The notes beneath the pieces were generated by a model, which ran no database searches, was not told the origin of the DNA, and was given only the letters and a program-made list of their open reading frames with translations. A program made the position numbers and the translations under genes. 64,000 nt of DNA from Mesotaenium endlicherianum (Eukaryota), in contig WELA01001776.1 of the NCBI GenBank assembly GCA_009602735.1, positions 62,001 through 126,000 on the forward strand, written 5' to 3'. This document shows, piece after piece, positions 46,094 to 60,300 of the stretch. Positions within the stretch are counted from its first letter, which is position 1. Every line of letters begins with the position of its first letter.

Positions 46094-49000
46094 AAGTGTG
46101 CGATGGAAGTGTGCGGGTCAAATTTGAAATAGGTCCACAAGTACGCCTGAAAATATGATTTGTTGCACCAGTATACATATTTGGAGCTGAAGACCTACGA
46201 TTACTCAGACTACTTTTTGACTGTCACTCTCGAAAATGTCATTGTCCCACTAGAGTGGCTACATTTTTCCCAATTGCCTTTTCTCCCCTCCGTCCCTTGT
46301 TCCATTCCCTTACAGTCATAAGTTCTTACCGAAGCGCATATTTGAGTGTTATTGAGAAGCTGAGAGAGATGGCATCTGTTGAGGTACTTCATATTGTACT
46401 TAATCAATGAGGAAGTATTTTGCATGCAACACATGTATAGATTGTGTAACAAACAGACCGATTGACTATTTTAAGGGACTTGTCTTTTGCGCATTGTCGA
46501 GATTGGAAGCATAAAACAATAATCATAACAAGAAAAAAACGTGGTTGCACACATATGCTTTACAATACAAGGGTTGGTGGGTTGGTTCAAGGGAGTACAT
46601 ATAGGCGCACACACTTGCAGACGTATGTGTGAGCGTCCTTTGAAATGCCAATGTGACGCAAAAAGAAAATTGTTGGCGCATTCGTGTGTTGTGGTCGTGA
46701 AATCTCGATGGTGCGTCGGCACATGAATATAAGCGTAATTGCCCAAAGATGGGTCCATGTATGCGCAGCCACTCTCTTACATGCTTAATATGTGACGATG
46801 TCGTAATTGACCCGCAGGTCATTAACGTGCGTGCCGTTTGACGCAAGCAAAATTCGATGCGCATCTCGTGTGACTACACTCCGCCATTGTTGTTCATTAT
46901 TCTACCATGAATATAAACTCCTTCATATTCAATTTTTATGTAAGTTACCGTGAGGTAATGCACGTGCACTGTTGGAAATGTACTTTGCCTGAAACACCTG
47001 CGACCGCCTCTTCACACGCCCATTGACTTAACCGACAGGTATTTGACCTCCGAACCCCGTTGACGGGTTCGGATTGATTTTGATAGGTTTGAAATAAGTC
47101 GTAGTGCTCAATATATTCGGCGAATGTGGAGTGGGGGTACGGTTTTCTGACACCACCCGTCGCATCCGCTCGTTTAATTGTCGGATTCGAGATTGGACGC
47201 GCGTCGAGGATACGTGCGGCACAGTACGCCACGAGCTGGATGTGGGCAGGAAGCTGGCAACTCCACGCCCGTCCTTGCAAATCGCGAAAAGAGCGATTTT
47301 CAGGTCTTCCAAATCGGGGCTTTCCCGATTTGGTAAAATGGTTATTGCGAGGATGGGTTGCGTATTAGGGCACCCCATTTTCATTATTCATCTTTCGAGC
47401 TGATGTATGGGTTAAAGTGGGTTAAAGAGTGATAATGCGCATAGGGCAGGAGTCGACGTTAAGCAAAATAGGTGTCCTTCGCAAGTGCATGCCTAAGCTT
47501 GGGGCCTAGTGACAATCTAATGATGATTCAATCTGGATTTGGAGCCACAAAATAGTACAGGGTACCGAGTGCGCATCGAGCTATTTTGGAAGGTCGCGAA
47601 AAAACTACGGACCACTGCCAACTGCTGCGGTACAAATCGTCTACGTGAGGAATTAGCGGACTCGAATTTATTCGTATCATATGTTCAAAACTTCTAGAAA
47701 ACACGAGAGCGACTGAATGTCGTGCGCGAACGCCGGAAGTTTGACTAGCAGAGAATGGTGCTGACCAGCAACGATGTGGATTGAACGGGATTCTGACCAC
47801 CGACGTAGCGCTAACTAACGAACCCAGCTACTGCATTTATGTAACCAGTCCTCGCGGTTTTCACTAGATGAGTATGGACCTTCATGTTCTTTCGGTGCTC
47901 GCTCCAATTTTATTGATACATACCCCCCCTTTTTTTCTTCTTTTTTAAAACTAGAGCTCACTTATCCTTATTTCTCCCAAAATTTTCTATTTCCATTTAA
48001 TTACTAAGGCGCTATAAGGTAACATGCTGCTTCCGAACTTTCTCGCCTATTTTTTGGTTGTTTGATGATTTGTCGCAGTGCAGTCAAGACTCGATGCCAG
48101 TCGAACAAATACAAAAGAACGCATCCTGCAGGTCAAGGACGACAACCAATGGCAAGAAAGGAGAGCTTTAATAAAGATACCTGACCGACATGAAGTCGTG
48201 CGCTCATGTGTGCTGAATCCTGACGGGAGTGCAATTTCCGAAGCAGTCGAATCTCGAGTCCTGCACATTCTTCATGCTCCTCCTGGCTAGACTTTCCTCT
48301 CCTTTCCCGTGCCACTGAAGTTGGTAGGCTTATTTGGAGGAGCGCGAAGGCTGTGCGATGTTGTGATCCATGGCCTTTTAGTTTTACGGTGCATATAGCA
48401 GGTGAACGCGTCAACCCTTGCTTCCATGTCCTCATGCACGTCGTCCACACATGTACTCGTAGAGGGGACTTGACGGCCCTTGCAATTCATGTTCATGTTA
48501 CCCCGTTTAGTCGTTTTTTTTCTCTATTTTGGGGCTCCAAGGATATCTCAGGATTGAGTAAACACGTTTATACAAACCTGCTGTGCCACCACTTATTTCA
48601 AATTTCTGGACGTGACATTGCTGAAATAGCCTTGTGTGGGAGAAATGGGTGATTATAATTGTTTATGTAGTCGTAGCGAAGTTGTGCACTTTGACATTTT
48701 AAACAAGCATATTTCAGGCTTTCCTTGCCCTTCCTGTTCTGTTGTCACTCCAACATCCACTCTGGAGCTTGGCATATTTGTGCGTGGAATTCTGACAACA
48801 AACACGCTTACTTCCCACTGCATTTGTACACCCATGAATGTGACGAGTTTTGTTCGTTCTACGATTTCAAAGACTGCATTCCGTGGCATGTTGTTTGTAC
48901 AAGAATGTCTACTTAGTTATGTGCCCATCCCTTCTTGCTGCTTCTCGGATCTTGGTGACTACCGCTGTGCCTTAGTAATTCTGCAATTTTATTCAATGAG

Positions 49001-49257
49001 GCCTAAAACCAGGCGTATCGGGCTCTTCTAACCAGTCGTGGAACACAAGTGAGGTGTCGTCTTGAAAACTTCCTGATGGGGACTTTGGTGTGGCTGAATG
49101 CAAGTATCTCTGTAACAGCCTATACGATATGAAATCATGTGACATCCTCTCTCACCACCTTTTTAGACACTTATTCATGATAATAGTGCCCTTTTCTGTG
49201 TACACCTGCAGACGCTTACAATGCATGTGCACCTGTGTGTGCAGGTGATAAGCAATT

Positions 49258-52200
49258 ATGGCTTGTTTTGGAGGTGGAAAGAAGAAGCAGCATGTAATAG
49301 GTATGTAGTGCAATGCTGCTGTCTATGTGTATAGGTTGCACATGCTAGCTGTCTCCTCTGACTTCTTTCGATGGGGAAACAATGTCCTTTGTATGCATTA
49401 CAGCGTCATCTACTCTATTAAGAAGAAGATTGAGTAATGTACCTCCTAAAGCACAAAATCCTGCTGTGAGGTTCCAGCTTGTGCACACCTTGTTAGATGT
49501 ACATGCTACCTTTTTTGGAAATGTCTGCTGGATATGTTCCTATCCATGCTTGAAGTCCAGATACATAGACTCCTTTCCATATCATGACATTATTGAACTA
49601 CCGAACTATGTGCCACAACCCCTTTTTGTTTGTGAAGAACTCTGCCGTTTATAAATTGGGCTTGCTGCCTTCTTGTGAGTTTGTACCGTCCAGAATGACT
49701 TTTCCTGCCCCGTCTTGGAAGGTTGACTTATTTGAAGGTAACAAGGATCTTCCAATGCTGCACTTGTCACTTCAAAGACATACATTCTTATGACGTGTCT
49801 TGTTTTATTGGCAGATCCAAACCCTCAGCTAGAGAAAGATCTTGTTGCTGTGCGAGGGGAGAGGGACTCCTTGAAAGTAGAGATCGCAACTCTGAAGGCC
49901 AAGCTTCAGACTGCAGATGTTGCACAGCAGGAAAACGAGACTCTGAAGGCCTCTGAGAGAGCTTTGAATACACAAGTCCAAACATTAAATGCAAACAGAA
50001 GTGAGCAGGCAGCTAAAGTAAAAGAGCTGGTTGCTGAGTTGGATGCTGTCAAGGGAGAGTTATCGCAGGGACGCCAGAGCTTTCTGGAACTGCAGTCTGA
50101 GTTGGAAGCCAAGAAGAGGGATATATTGGAAACACAGGCTGAACTTGAAAAGTATAAGAATGAGCTTGCTCAGCATCATGACCGACTATTGGGGGTCAGC
50201 TCTGAGCTTGAAGGTAAGAGGCGTCAGCTGCTGGAGCATCAAGTGGAGCTTTCAAAGGCTGGAGCTGTAATCACACTGAACCAGAAGAAGACAAGTGCCA
50301 TCAGCGGAGAGCTTGAAGCCAAACGCAGGGAGCTTCTTGAGTACCAAGTCCAGCACAGTAAGCTTGCTAGCAAGCTTCAGTCTGTTGAGCTTATTAGTGT
50401 CAGCCATCAGGATCGTGCAATTAGTGCCATAGCTGAGCTCCAACAGGCACAAGCTGAGGTTGCGCGCCACAAAGATAGGAATGGTACTCCTGAAGGTTTT
50501 AAGAATGTTAAGCCTGACATGGTGGGGATCCAAGATCTCTCCATCAATCATCAGCTTGAAGCCGCCCTTGGGGAACTTGAGGCTGCACAAGGAGAGCTTG
50601 TTGATCATCAGAAGCGCTACAATGTTGTCTACGCTGAACTGGAGGCTAAGCGCAGGCAGGTCCTTGAGTACCAGGTCGAGTATTCTTCCCGTAGGGAAGA
50701 AGGAGGTGGGATAAAGAAGCGTCTTGATGTTGTCAGTGCTGAGCTTGAAGGGAAGCGTCGCCAGTTGCTAGAGTACCAGGTACAGCTATCTAGTGTCCAG
50801 GCTGAGCTTCAAGCGCGGGTTGGAGTCTTTGGAGGGGTACTGGCCCAGTTGGAAGGCAAGAGACGTGAAGTTTTGGAGTACCAGGTAGAGTTGTCCAGAA
50901 CAAAGGAGGAACTTGCCATCTATCAGAAGCGTTACTCTGCAGTAAATGGAGAACTGGAGGGCAAGAGGCGTCAAATGCTTGAACAGCAAATTGCCTTTTC
51001 TAAGGCTGGATCAGGAGAATCTCGCAGCATTGTTGCGCCTACTCTCTTGGCTGCTGCTGGTGGAGCAATGGTCGGCACTGCTGCCGGTTTGAGCACTTCT
51101 GAGGCTCATGTCGCAGATCAACAAAGTTCTGCTGCCATACATGCGCAAATGGAAGGGAAGAAGCGAGAAGTACTTGAACTTCAGGTGTGTCATCAGGCAT
51201 ACAGAGAGTAGGCATTGTCATGCGTGTGTGTTTTAGCAGATTGCCAGCAATTCCTGTTTACTATTGCAGAGGCCTGCAGGCCATGTCTTTGGACAAAAGT
51301 AAACCATGCTGGTCAGCACATTGTTTGTGAGTTAGCCTGCACCTGGCAAATGCTCTACAATTAAATGCCACCGGTCTTGTGTGGAGGCCATTGTCAGCTA
51401 TGAAGTCTCAAACTGTGGTAAATTCTCATGCTGTAGGTGGAGAATGCCAAATTGAGCACGGAGCTCACCTTGTGTCAGAAGAAACTTACTGCGGTAAGTT
51501 CTGAGTTGGAGGGTAAGCGTAGGGAGCTTCTGGAAGCACAGGTGGCATTTGAGAAGGCTTCAAAGGACACTACTGACAGACAGACTCGCTTGAACGCGAT
51601 ATATGCGGAGCTCGAGGGCAAAAGGCGCGAACTTCTTGAGCTTCAGGTCAGTATCACTACCCTGTAGTGGTGACTGCTTGGTGAAGGCACTGTCCACTTG
51701 ATGAATATAGTCAAGGTTAGCCGTATTGCAGGGGAGGATGTCGATACTACCATCTCTCCTTGTGAAGCCCATAACCTTCGCTCATACTGTACAGACGCGA
51801 GATCTATGTTCTTGTGGTGGCTTTGCTTCACGCATTCTGGTAACTAATATTTTCATGCTGGTGTATTGTAAAATCTCCTGCCGTTGTGAGTCACACTCTA
51901 GGCCGGTAGTAAGTTGCAGAGCACATCTCCTGATTATCGGAGTTTCATATCCAGATATATCCTCGTAGTCTTTTCTTGGATCTTCATGATGACGGGCTCT
52001 TACAACTCCCATCTTCTAAGACTGCTAGTCAGGTGAGGAATGAGCACGTCTTCAATGTTGGCCTTCAGGCATGCAGCTTAAGTACTCTTTATGTCAAACA
52101 CATAATTCTCACTCATTTGGTGCACCGACTTGGAGACTCCTAGCAGTTGCTAGACTTTGCATGTCGTCGGTAAGACTGCTGAAGGTGTGCGATGACAACT

Positions 52201-55200
52201 TGATATTATTTTGGTGCAGGTGGGAGCACGGGATGCATTGGGTACTGGCGTACCTCAGAAACAGGAGTTCGCAGTCTCTAAATCGACGTCAATGGTACGG
52301 CACAAATGCTGCAATAGCATCTGCTTTATAATGTTGTCGTCTTTCAGCCATCAGAGCATCTGTTTTCAACCATTTATATAGCAAGGCCTACACCTTCTAT
52401 AATATGTGCTATCTGGTAACCTTTTTAATATGCAGAACTGTAGGTTGCAAGTTAAATGCAGCTTCATAAAAATTAGCTGGACTCTTCTGTGTTACTTTCA
52501 TCTTATGATTAAGCAGGGGAAAACACAATTGGCGATCCCTTAGAACATTTAATATCTCCTGCAATGCACTCCAGTACACAAACCTAAAACACTTATTGGG
52601 TCTCGAGCTGCAGGAGAATGGTGTTGGGGCAAATGGGGACCTTCAGAGTCATGAAGTGTCTAAACTTCGTAAGCAACTTGAGGAGTACAATGACGAGAAT
52701 GTGGCACTTCAGCTGCGAATCAAAGTGCTGAATCAGGCTTTGGAGGCTGCTAAGGAGGGCATGATGGTGGGAAGCGACTCTGGGGTTCAGGAGAGGGCCT
52801 TCTCTATGCAGCCTGTCTCTAAGGCGTCAGTTGGAGGTGAAGTCATCCGCATTAACGCCACACCTGAGGGGTTGGAGGCTCCTGTTCAGACTGACGTGGA
52901 GGACAGCTTATCTGCTATAAAGGCTGACCTGGACTCGCCAGTTCGCGATGAGAAGGACATGAAGGTATGCATAATCTGCTTGTCTTTGGGGCACAGAGAG
53001 CAAGAGGTCATACTACCCTCTGCTCCTCTTTTGTGCCTAAGTGTCACTACCAGACTGGATGTCGTCCTGCCCTCCTGTGCTGTTCGCGTCGTGATCTAGC
53101 TGATCCTCTTGACCACTTGTCATTGTCTACCTCTAGTGCCCTGTGTGTTTGAGAGATTACGCCCTATGCCGCAAGAGGAGCATTCATATCATTTTCTTCA
53201 CTTTCCAGTTGATATGTTTGCATTTGCCAGTTCCGTACTCTAAAGAGAAAGCGATGAGCTTTCATTGTGCAGGCCAAACTTGGGGCAGCTAAGGAAGCTC
53301 TGGAGAGCCTCTGGCAATACAACACTGCCTTGAAGGAGGATGGAGAGGCCCAGAGGGCACGAGCCCTGGCTGCTGCAAGTGAGCTGGAAAACAAGCGTAG
53401 GGAGCTGCTGGAGCACCAAGTGGAGCTTTCAAATTCTCGTGCTGTAGTTACGGAGCGGCAGAGGAGCATTGCTGGTCTGGGCAACGAGGTCGAGGGCAAA
53501 CGCAGGGCTCTCTTGGAGCACCAGGTACTCGTGTTTACTTATACTCAAGGCTCGAGTGTTGCTCATCTCCTTGATCGACTCCCGCTTCTTGTGCAAGGTT
53601 GAATCCTAGATCAGACTGGATCTAGTAGATTTGCAGTCTGCGATGAGTTGTGCAACAGATGACTAGTTCATGTATGAGCTTGGTTGCCAAGCTTTAGGTG
53701 GTTGACTTGCCCACTACCCTTTTGATGTATGTGAAGTCGGGCTCAGATGAGGATACTGGAGAATCACTGCCTCTGAAGGGGGTCTGACAATGGCTAGTAT
53801 CATGCCTGCATTGCAGGTGAAAATTCAGGCGCTTGAGCAGAAGGTCGCAGGGCTTGAGAAGCTTCAGGCTGGAACTGCAAGTGAGCTGGAGGGTAAGCGC
53901 AGACAGCTCCTGGAGCACCAGGTGGAGCTGGGCCGTGTGCAGAGCGTGCTCACTGACAACCAGAAGAAGACCAGCAACATCAGTGCGGCGCTGGAGGCTA
54001 AGCAGAGGGAGCTTCTTGAGCACAAGGTCCAGCTGGCTTCTGGCCAGGCAGCACCTGCCTCCTCTGAGAGGTCCTTTGTCCTGCCAGCTGCTGCTGCTGC
54101 TGCTGCTGGTGGTGCCGGTCTCGGAGCTGTCGGTGCTGGTGCACTGGCTGCAGCGTCTGGCAACGCCGAAGGGGCGACACAATCCGAAGCTCGTGACGTG
54201 TCTGGCCTGTATGCCGAGCTGGAGGGCACGAGGAGAGCCTTGCTGGAGGCGCAGGTCGAGATTGAGAAGTACAAGGGTGCTCTTGGCCACCGCCAGGCTC
54301 TGCTGACAGGTGTCAGCTCCGAGCTCGAGGGCAAGAGGCGTGAACTCCTGGAGCACCAGGTGGAGATGTTCAAAACAAAGGAAGAGCTAATTGGCTATCA
54401 GAAGCGTTACACGGCTGTGAATGGTGAGCTGGAGGGCAAGCGGCGTGAGATGCTGGAGCAGCAGGTTGCCTTCTCCAAGGCTGGGCCAGGAGAGTCTCGC
54501 AGCTTTAGTACTCCTGAATTAGCTGCTGCTGCTGCTGCTGCTGCTGCTGGAGCTGGAGGAGCAGTTGCAGGTGCTGCCGCAATGGGCAGCAGTGATGGAA
54601 GTATCCAATCTGAGACCCGTGATGTGTCTGGCCTCTACAGCGAGCTGGAGGGCAAGAGGAGAACTCTCTTGGAGACGCAGGTTGAGCTGGAGAAGCACAA
54701 GAATATGCTTGGCCAGCGCGGGGCGCTACTGTCTGGTGTCAGTGCAGAACTCGAGGGCAAGAGACGACAGCTACTGGAATACCAGGTGGAGCTGGCCAAG
54801 ACGAAGGCAGAAGTGACTGCCTACCAGAAGCGGTACACGGCTGTGAATGGGGAGCTGGAGGGCAAGCGGCGTGAGATGCTGGAGCAGCAGGTTGCCTTCT
54901 CCAAGGCTGGGTCAGGAGAGTCTCGCAGCTTTAGTACTCCTGAATTGGCTGCTGCTGCTGCTGGGGCAGCCGCCGTGGGAGCTGCTGCCGGCGTAGCTGG
55001 TGCGGCTGGAACCGGCGTAGGTGCCGAGAACGAGCAGAACGAGGGCGCTGACGTGTCTGGGCTTATCAACGAGCTTGAAGGCAAGAGGCGCCAGCTACTT
55101 GAAGCCCAGGTCAGTTTTCAAACATGCCACTGTGCAGAGTTGTTGTGAAGCAGTCCATCTATACATAAGGGCTAAGCACGTCGACAAGGCAAGTACATGA

Positions 55201-57282
55201 CATACTTTTTCTCTTGTTATGGGACCATGTCGCCTCCGTCACCTTGAAGGGCTGAAAGTCTGCATTAATAGTGCTGTCAAATAACTCGAGATGGCCTCTC
55301 AGATGCTGAAATTATGCTCTCAATCTGCCTGATTTTGTAAGCAAGAACTATAGTGCATAGACTACGTTCTGACAGTGTGGCACTGGAGTTTGTGGCAGGT
55401 ACAAATCTCTGCCCTTCAGGGCGCGTTGAACCAATGCAAGGCGTCTCTCAGCCAGACCACTGCTGAACTAGAGGGCAAGCGACGTAACCTCCTTGAGCAC
55501 CAAGTTGAAGTGGCTAACGCCGCGCAGGAGATTCAGAAACGCCATACTCTATATATAGCAGCAGCCGGGGATGCTGAGGCAAAGCGCAGGCAGGTGCTGG
55601 AGCTTCAAGTGGAGCTGGCTAAGACACAGACTCAGGTCACTGTCTACCAGAAGCGCTTCAGTGCGGTTTACTCAGAGCTGGAGGGCAAGCGCCGGGAGCT
55701 GCTGGAGCACCAGGTGGAGCTGGGCCGCGCATCTCAGCAGCAATCGAGCTCTTCCTCCTCCAGATCGTTTGCTGCTCCTGCTGCTGGTGCTGCTGCTGCT
55801 GGTGCAGTTGCTGGTGCAGTTCTGGCGTCAGGGGACCAGGCATCACAGACAGATGGGCGAGACGTGTACGGCCTGTACAGTGAGCTGGAGGGCAAAAGGC
55901 GCCAGCTGCTTGAATCTCAGGTCCTTGCCACATCCATTGTCTTACTTCCTAATTTGCTGTAGGCGTACATGAAGTGCATTCGGGATAGCAACCCCTGCAG
56001 CTGGAACTCTTTGCTGTCGCTTGGACCACAGGTGTGTTACTGCAAGTTTGTGACACCACCCCTGTCATTTTCGGGGTGCATACAGTTAGTGTCATTGGTT
56101 GTGCTTGAAGATGAGTTTGGGGGCCCTGTGAGCTCTGTGATGAAGTCCTGAATGATGTCATGTGTGGAATGCTTCCTGCAGGTTGAGAATGCTTCCTTGG
56201 CAGCGGAGCTGACACAGTGCAAGAATGCACTGAGTGGGGTCAGTGCTGAGCTGGAAGGCAAAAGGCGCCTTCTTCTAGAGCACCAGGTTGAGCTTTCACG
56301 TCGTAGTGGTACTGCGGGTATTTCTTCCGCCAGGTCATTTGCACTGCCGGCTGCTGCTGCCGCCGCCGGTGGTGCCGCTGCTTCAGTCTCTCTTGCGGCA
56401 GCAAGTGCCGGAGAGCAGACAGAGAGGGTGGAGTCTCGTGATGTGTCGGGCCTGATCAGTGAGCTCGAGGGCAAGAGGCGCCAGCTCCTTGAAACCCAGG
56501 TCAGCCTCAAATTTCAGAGAGCCTACCCCCATTCCGTGGTCTTAATATGTGAAGCATTTGCAAAACTTATGCAATAAGCATGTGAGGCGTCCCCTCTTAA
56601 AAGTTTATGTGGGCCCTCCTAATGACCTTTGGAAGTAGGTGTTGAAGTAAGTTTGAGGGATGCCTCGACTCCTCTTGCATCAAGATAGCATATACTTTCT
56701 CTGCTTGATGACCATAGGGGATTATAATTTCCTCGTCATTCTCCCGTTTATTATTCATAGATACCAGCAGTTAGACCAGGCACACTGCTTGCTTCACTCT
56801 AAAGGTTGTAGTGAGCGTGGTCACGTACTACGCCTCCTTCTGAAGTGGAAGAGGGTCTTTGTTGCGAGTCTGTTGCCTAAACTTGGGGTGGGAAGCTGTT
56901 CTTGTAGGTACAACTTGAGGCTGTGACAAGCGAGTTGAAACAGTGCAAGGAGGTCCTCAACAAGAGTGGTGCGGACCTGGAGGGGAAGAGGCGCACTCTC
57001 CTTGAGCACCAGGTCGAGCTCTCCAGGGCAAGGAGTGAAGCAGACAAGCAACACAAGCTGTACCAGGCTGCTGCTGGGGATGCAGAGAGCAAGCGTAGAC
57101 AGCTCCTGGAGCACCAGGTGGAGCTGGGCCGTGTGCAGAGCGTGCTCACTGACAACCAGAAGAAGACCAGCAACATCGGTGCGGCACTGGAGGCTAAGCA
57201 GAGGGAGCTTCTTGAGCACAAGGTCCAGCTGGCTTCTGGCCAGGCAGCACCTGCCTCCTTTGAGAGGTCCTTTGCCCTGCCA

Positions 57283-57314
<32 letters not shown>

Positions 57315-60300
57315 CGGTCTCGGAGCTGTTGGTGCTGGTGCAGTGGCTGCATCGTCCGGCGATGCTGAAGAGACGAAGCAGTCCGAGACTCGTGATGTGT
57401 CGGGCCTGCAGAGCGAGCTAGAGGGCAAGAAGAGAGTGTTGCTAGAGACGCAGGTTGAGCTTGAGAAGAAGCAGACTGAGCTTGACCGTCGTCAGTCGCT
57501 TCTCACAGGTGTAAATGCTCAGCTGGAGGGCAAAAGGCGTGAGCTTCTGGAACACCAGGTAGAGCTGTCAAAGACGAAGGAAGAGCTGACTACCTACCAG
57601 AAGCGCTACACGGCTGTGAGTGGTGAGCTGGAGGGCAAGCGGCGTGAGATGCTGGAGCAGCAGATTTCATTCTCCAAGGCTGGACCAGGGGAGTCTCGCA
57701 GCGTTGGTGCACCGGCAACGAGCGATGCTGGGGAAACCAAGCAGGCAGCACCTTCCTCCTCTGAGAGGTCCTTGGTCCTTCCAGTCGCTGGGGCGGCCGC
57801 TGGTGCCGGTCTCGGAGCTGCCGCTGCTGGTGCACTGGCTGCAGCGTCTGGCAGCGCCGAAGGGGCGACACAATCCGAGGCTCGTGACGTGTCTGGCCTA
57901 TATGCCGAGCTGGAGGGCAAGAGGAGAGCCTTGCTGGAGGCGCAGGTCGAGATTGAGAAGTACAAGGGTGCCCTTGGCCACCGCCAGGCTCTGCTGACAG
58001 GTGTCAGCTCTGAGCTTGAGGGCAAGAGGCGTGAACTCCTGGAGCACCAGGTGGAGCTTTCGAAAGCTCAGGCGGATATCACATCTCGCCAGAAGCAGTT
58101 TGTTGCCGTGAAGGGCGAGCTTGAGGCCAAGCGCAGGGAGCTTCTTGAGCACCAAGTTCAGCACGGCAACCTTGGAAGCAAGCTCCAGGCTTCGGAGGAG
58201 ACCGGCCTGGGCCACCAGGAACGCACTCTCGCTCTCATTGCCGAGCTTGACAAGGCCCGCACTGAGAACTACGAGCTAAAGGAGCAGCTGACGAGCCTGG
58301 CTGAGATGGACCCAAGCGGGGTGTCAGCGGAGCTCCTGGACTACCAGGAGCGCTACAAGGTCATGAACTACCAGCTCCAGGATGCCCTGGAGGAGGTGGA
58401 TGCGTCAGAGGCAAAGCTCCTGGAGCTGCAGAAGCGCCACGATGGTGTCTATGCTGAGTTGGAGTCCAAGCGCCGGCAGGTTCTGGAGTACCAGGTCGAG
58501 CACTCCTCGCGCGCCCAGGAGGTCACAGCTCTGAAGGCACGCCTCAACGCTGTTAGCTCTGAGCTTGAGGGCAAGCGCCGCCAGCTGCTCGAGTACCAGG
58601 TGGAGCTTTCTAATGTCCACGCAGAGCTTGAGGCGCGCGTGGGAGCTTTTGAGGCAGTCACTGTCCAGCTGGAGGGCAAGAGGCGCGAAGTCCTAGAGCT
58701 CCAAGTGGAGCTCTCCAAGACCAGGGGGGAGGTGGCTGCCTACCAGGCCCGTTATGCTGCAGGCAATGGGGAGCTGGAGGGCAAGCAGCGTGAGATGCTG
58801 GAGCAGGAGGTTGCCTTCTCCAAGGGTGGGCCAGGAGAGGCTCGCAGCTTTGGTACTCCTGAACTGGCTGCTGCTGCTGCTGGGGCAGCTGCTGCGGGAG
58901 CTGCTGCTGGAGTTGCTGCTACTGGGGGAAGCTCAGAGGCCACTGGGGGAGCTTCAGTGGATCAGCAGCGGTTCAATGCAACATATGCCGAGCTGGAGGG
59001 GAAGCGCCGTGAAGTGCTTGAGCTCCAGGTACTGGCTGTCCCGCACCTCAAAGCAGCGGCCGTTGCTAGAAGGTTCTTGTGCATGTCGCCTTCTCTGTTG
59101 ACTTCTTCTATCTCATTACTTATGTTCTTCTGCATGGTGGTGGTTTAGAGGTGGAAGTCATTTGCAAAGCAGAGAAGGATAGACTGTCAAAAGTACTTGT
59201 GAAGTGCTGTTGGTACTCCTGTCAATGATCAGTTGGCCTCCAAGCGTTGACATTGTTTCAATCCTACCATTAGCCCGGCATACTAAGCACACCATCTCAG
59301 CTTGAACTTGGAACCCATGTTTCACCCTGGACTTATCGCTGTGTTTCGGGGAGCTGGCAGGTGTCAAACTCTTCCCTCGCTAGCCAGCTGGCTGAGTGCA
59401 AGCAGACTCTGAACGGAGTCAGCGCTGAGCTGGAGGGCAAGAGGCGTGCCGTGTTGGAGCTCCAGGTTGAGCTGGCCAAGGCAGGGGAGGAGATTCTTAG
59501 CCGTCAGAAAATGCACCAGGCTGCTGCCGGAGATGCCGAGGCGAAACGCAGGCAGGTGCTGGAACTCCAGGTATGTCTGTGGCCGAGGCTGTGTAGGAGT
59601 GGCACTCCTTTGGTCAGCTCCTCGTGGTTGTTTGCGCTTCTGAGTTGCAGACGATATTTTGCAGTCGTGGTTTTTAGTTTCAGCCCACGAGGCCACAAGG
59701 CCACAAGCTGTTGCTGAACTGCTTTGTGCTTGCGAACGCGCTATTTGGCCTTTCCAAGTTTTGTAGTTGTTTTCATTCTTTCTGCTCGTCGCTGACATGC
59801 CTTGAGGTGCGTGTTTCAACATGGGTGTATTCTGCACCCTCGTGCACAGCTGCTCAATCCTGGCTGGGCACTAATTCTAGGTACCGAATCAGGATGCTTC
59901 ACTATTTCTGCTACATTTGCGCTTTCTGACTGACCGCAAATGCATCTCTGCAGGTTGCTCTGGAGGCTGCTACCCGCCAGGAGGCTGAACGACATGCTAA
60001 ATTTACCCAAGCAGCAGCAGCAACTGAAGCCAAGAGCAGGCAGCTCCTTGAAGCACAGGTTGAGCTGACAAATGCCGAGCGGAAGCTGGAGGAGTACCAG
60101 AGGCGAGCAAACAGCTTGAGCGCGCAGCTAGAGGCCAAGCGCAGGGAGCTCCTGGAGCACCAGATGAAGCAGAAGCTTAGCAGCGAGAAGGTGTTGGCAG
60201 CGCCGATGGATGTGGAAGTGGATTTGGCAAGGAAAGACAGCATAGGTGCAGCATCTCCTGCAAAATCATCTTCCAAGGGATCCAAAGAGCAGCTCCCACA

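Noticed and set aside
46100..49200. Scattered 60-130 aa ORFs, possibly transposon remnants or upstream exons
   Set aside because: No recognisable domain, terminal repeats or TSD by eye. Needs a homology search.
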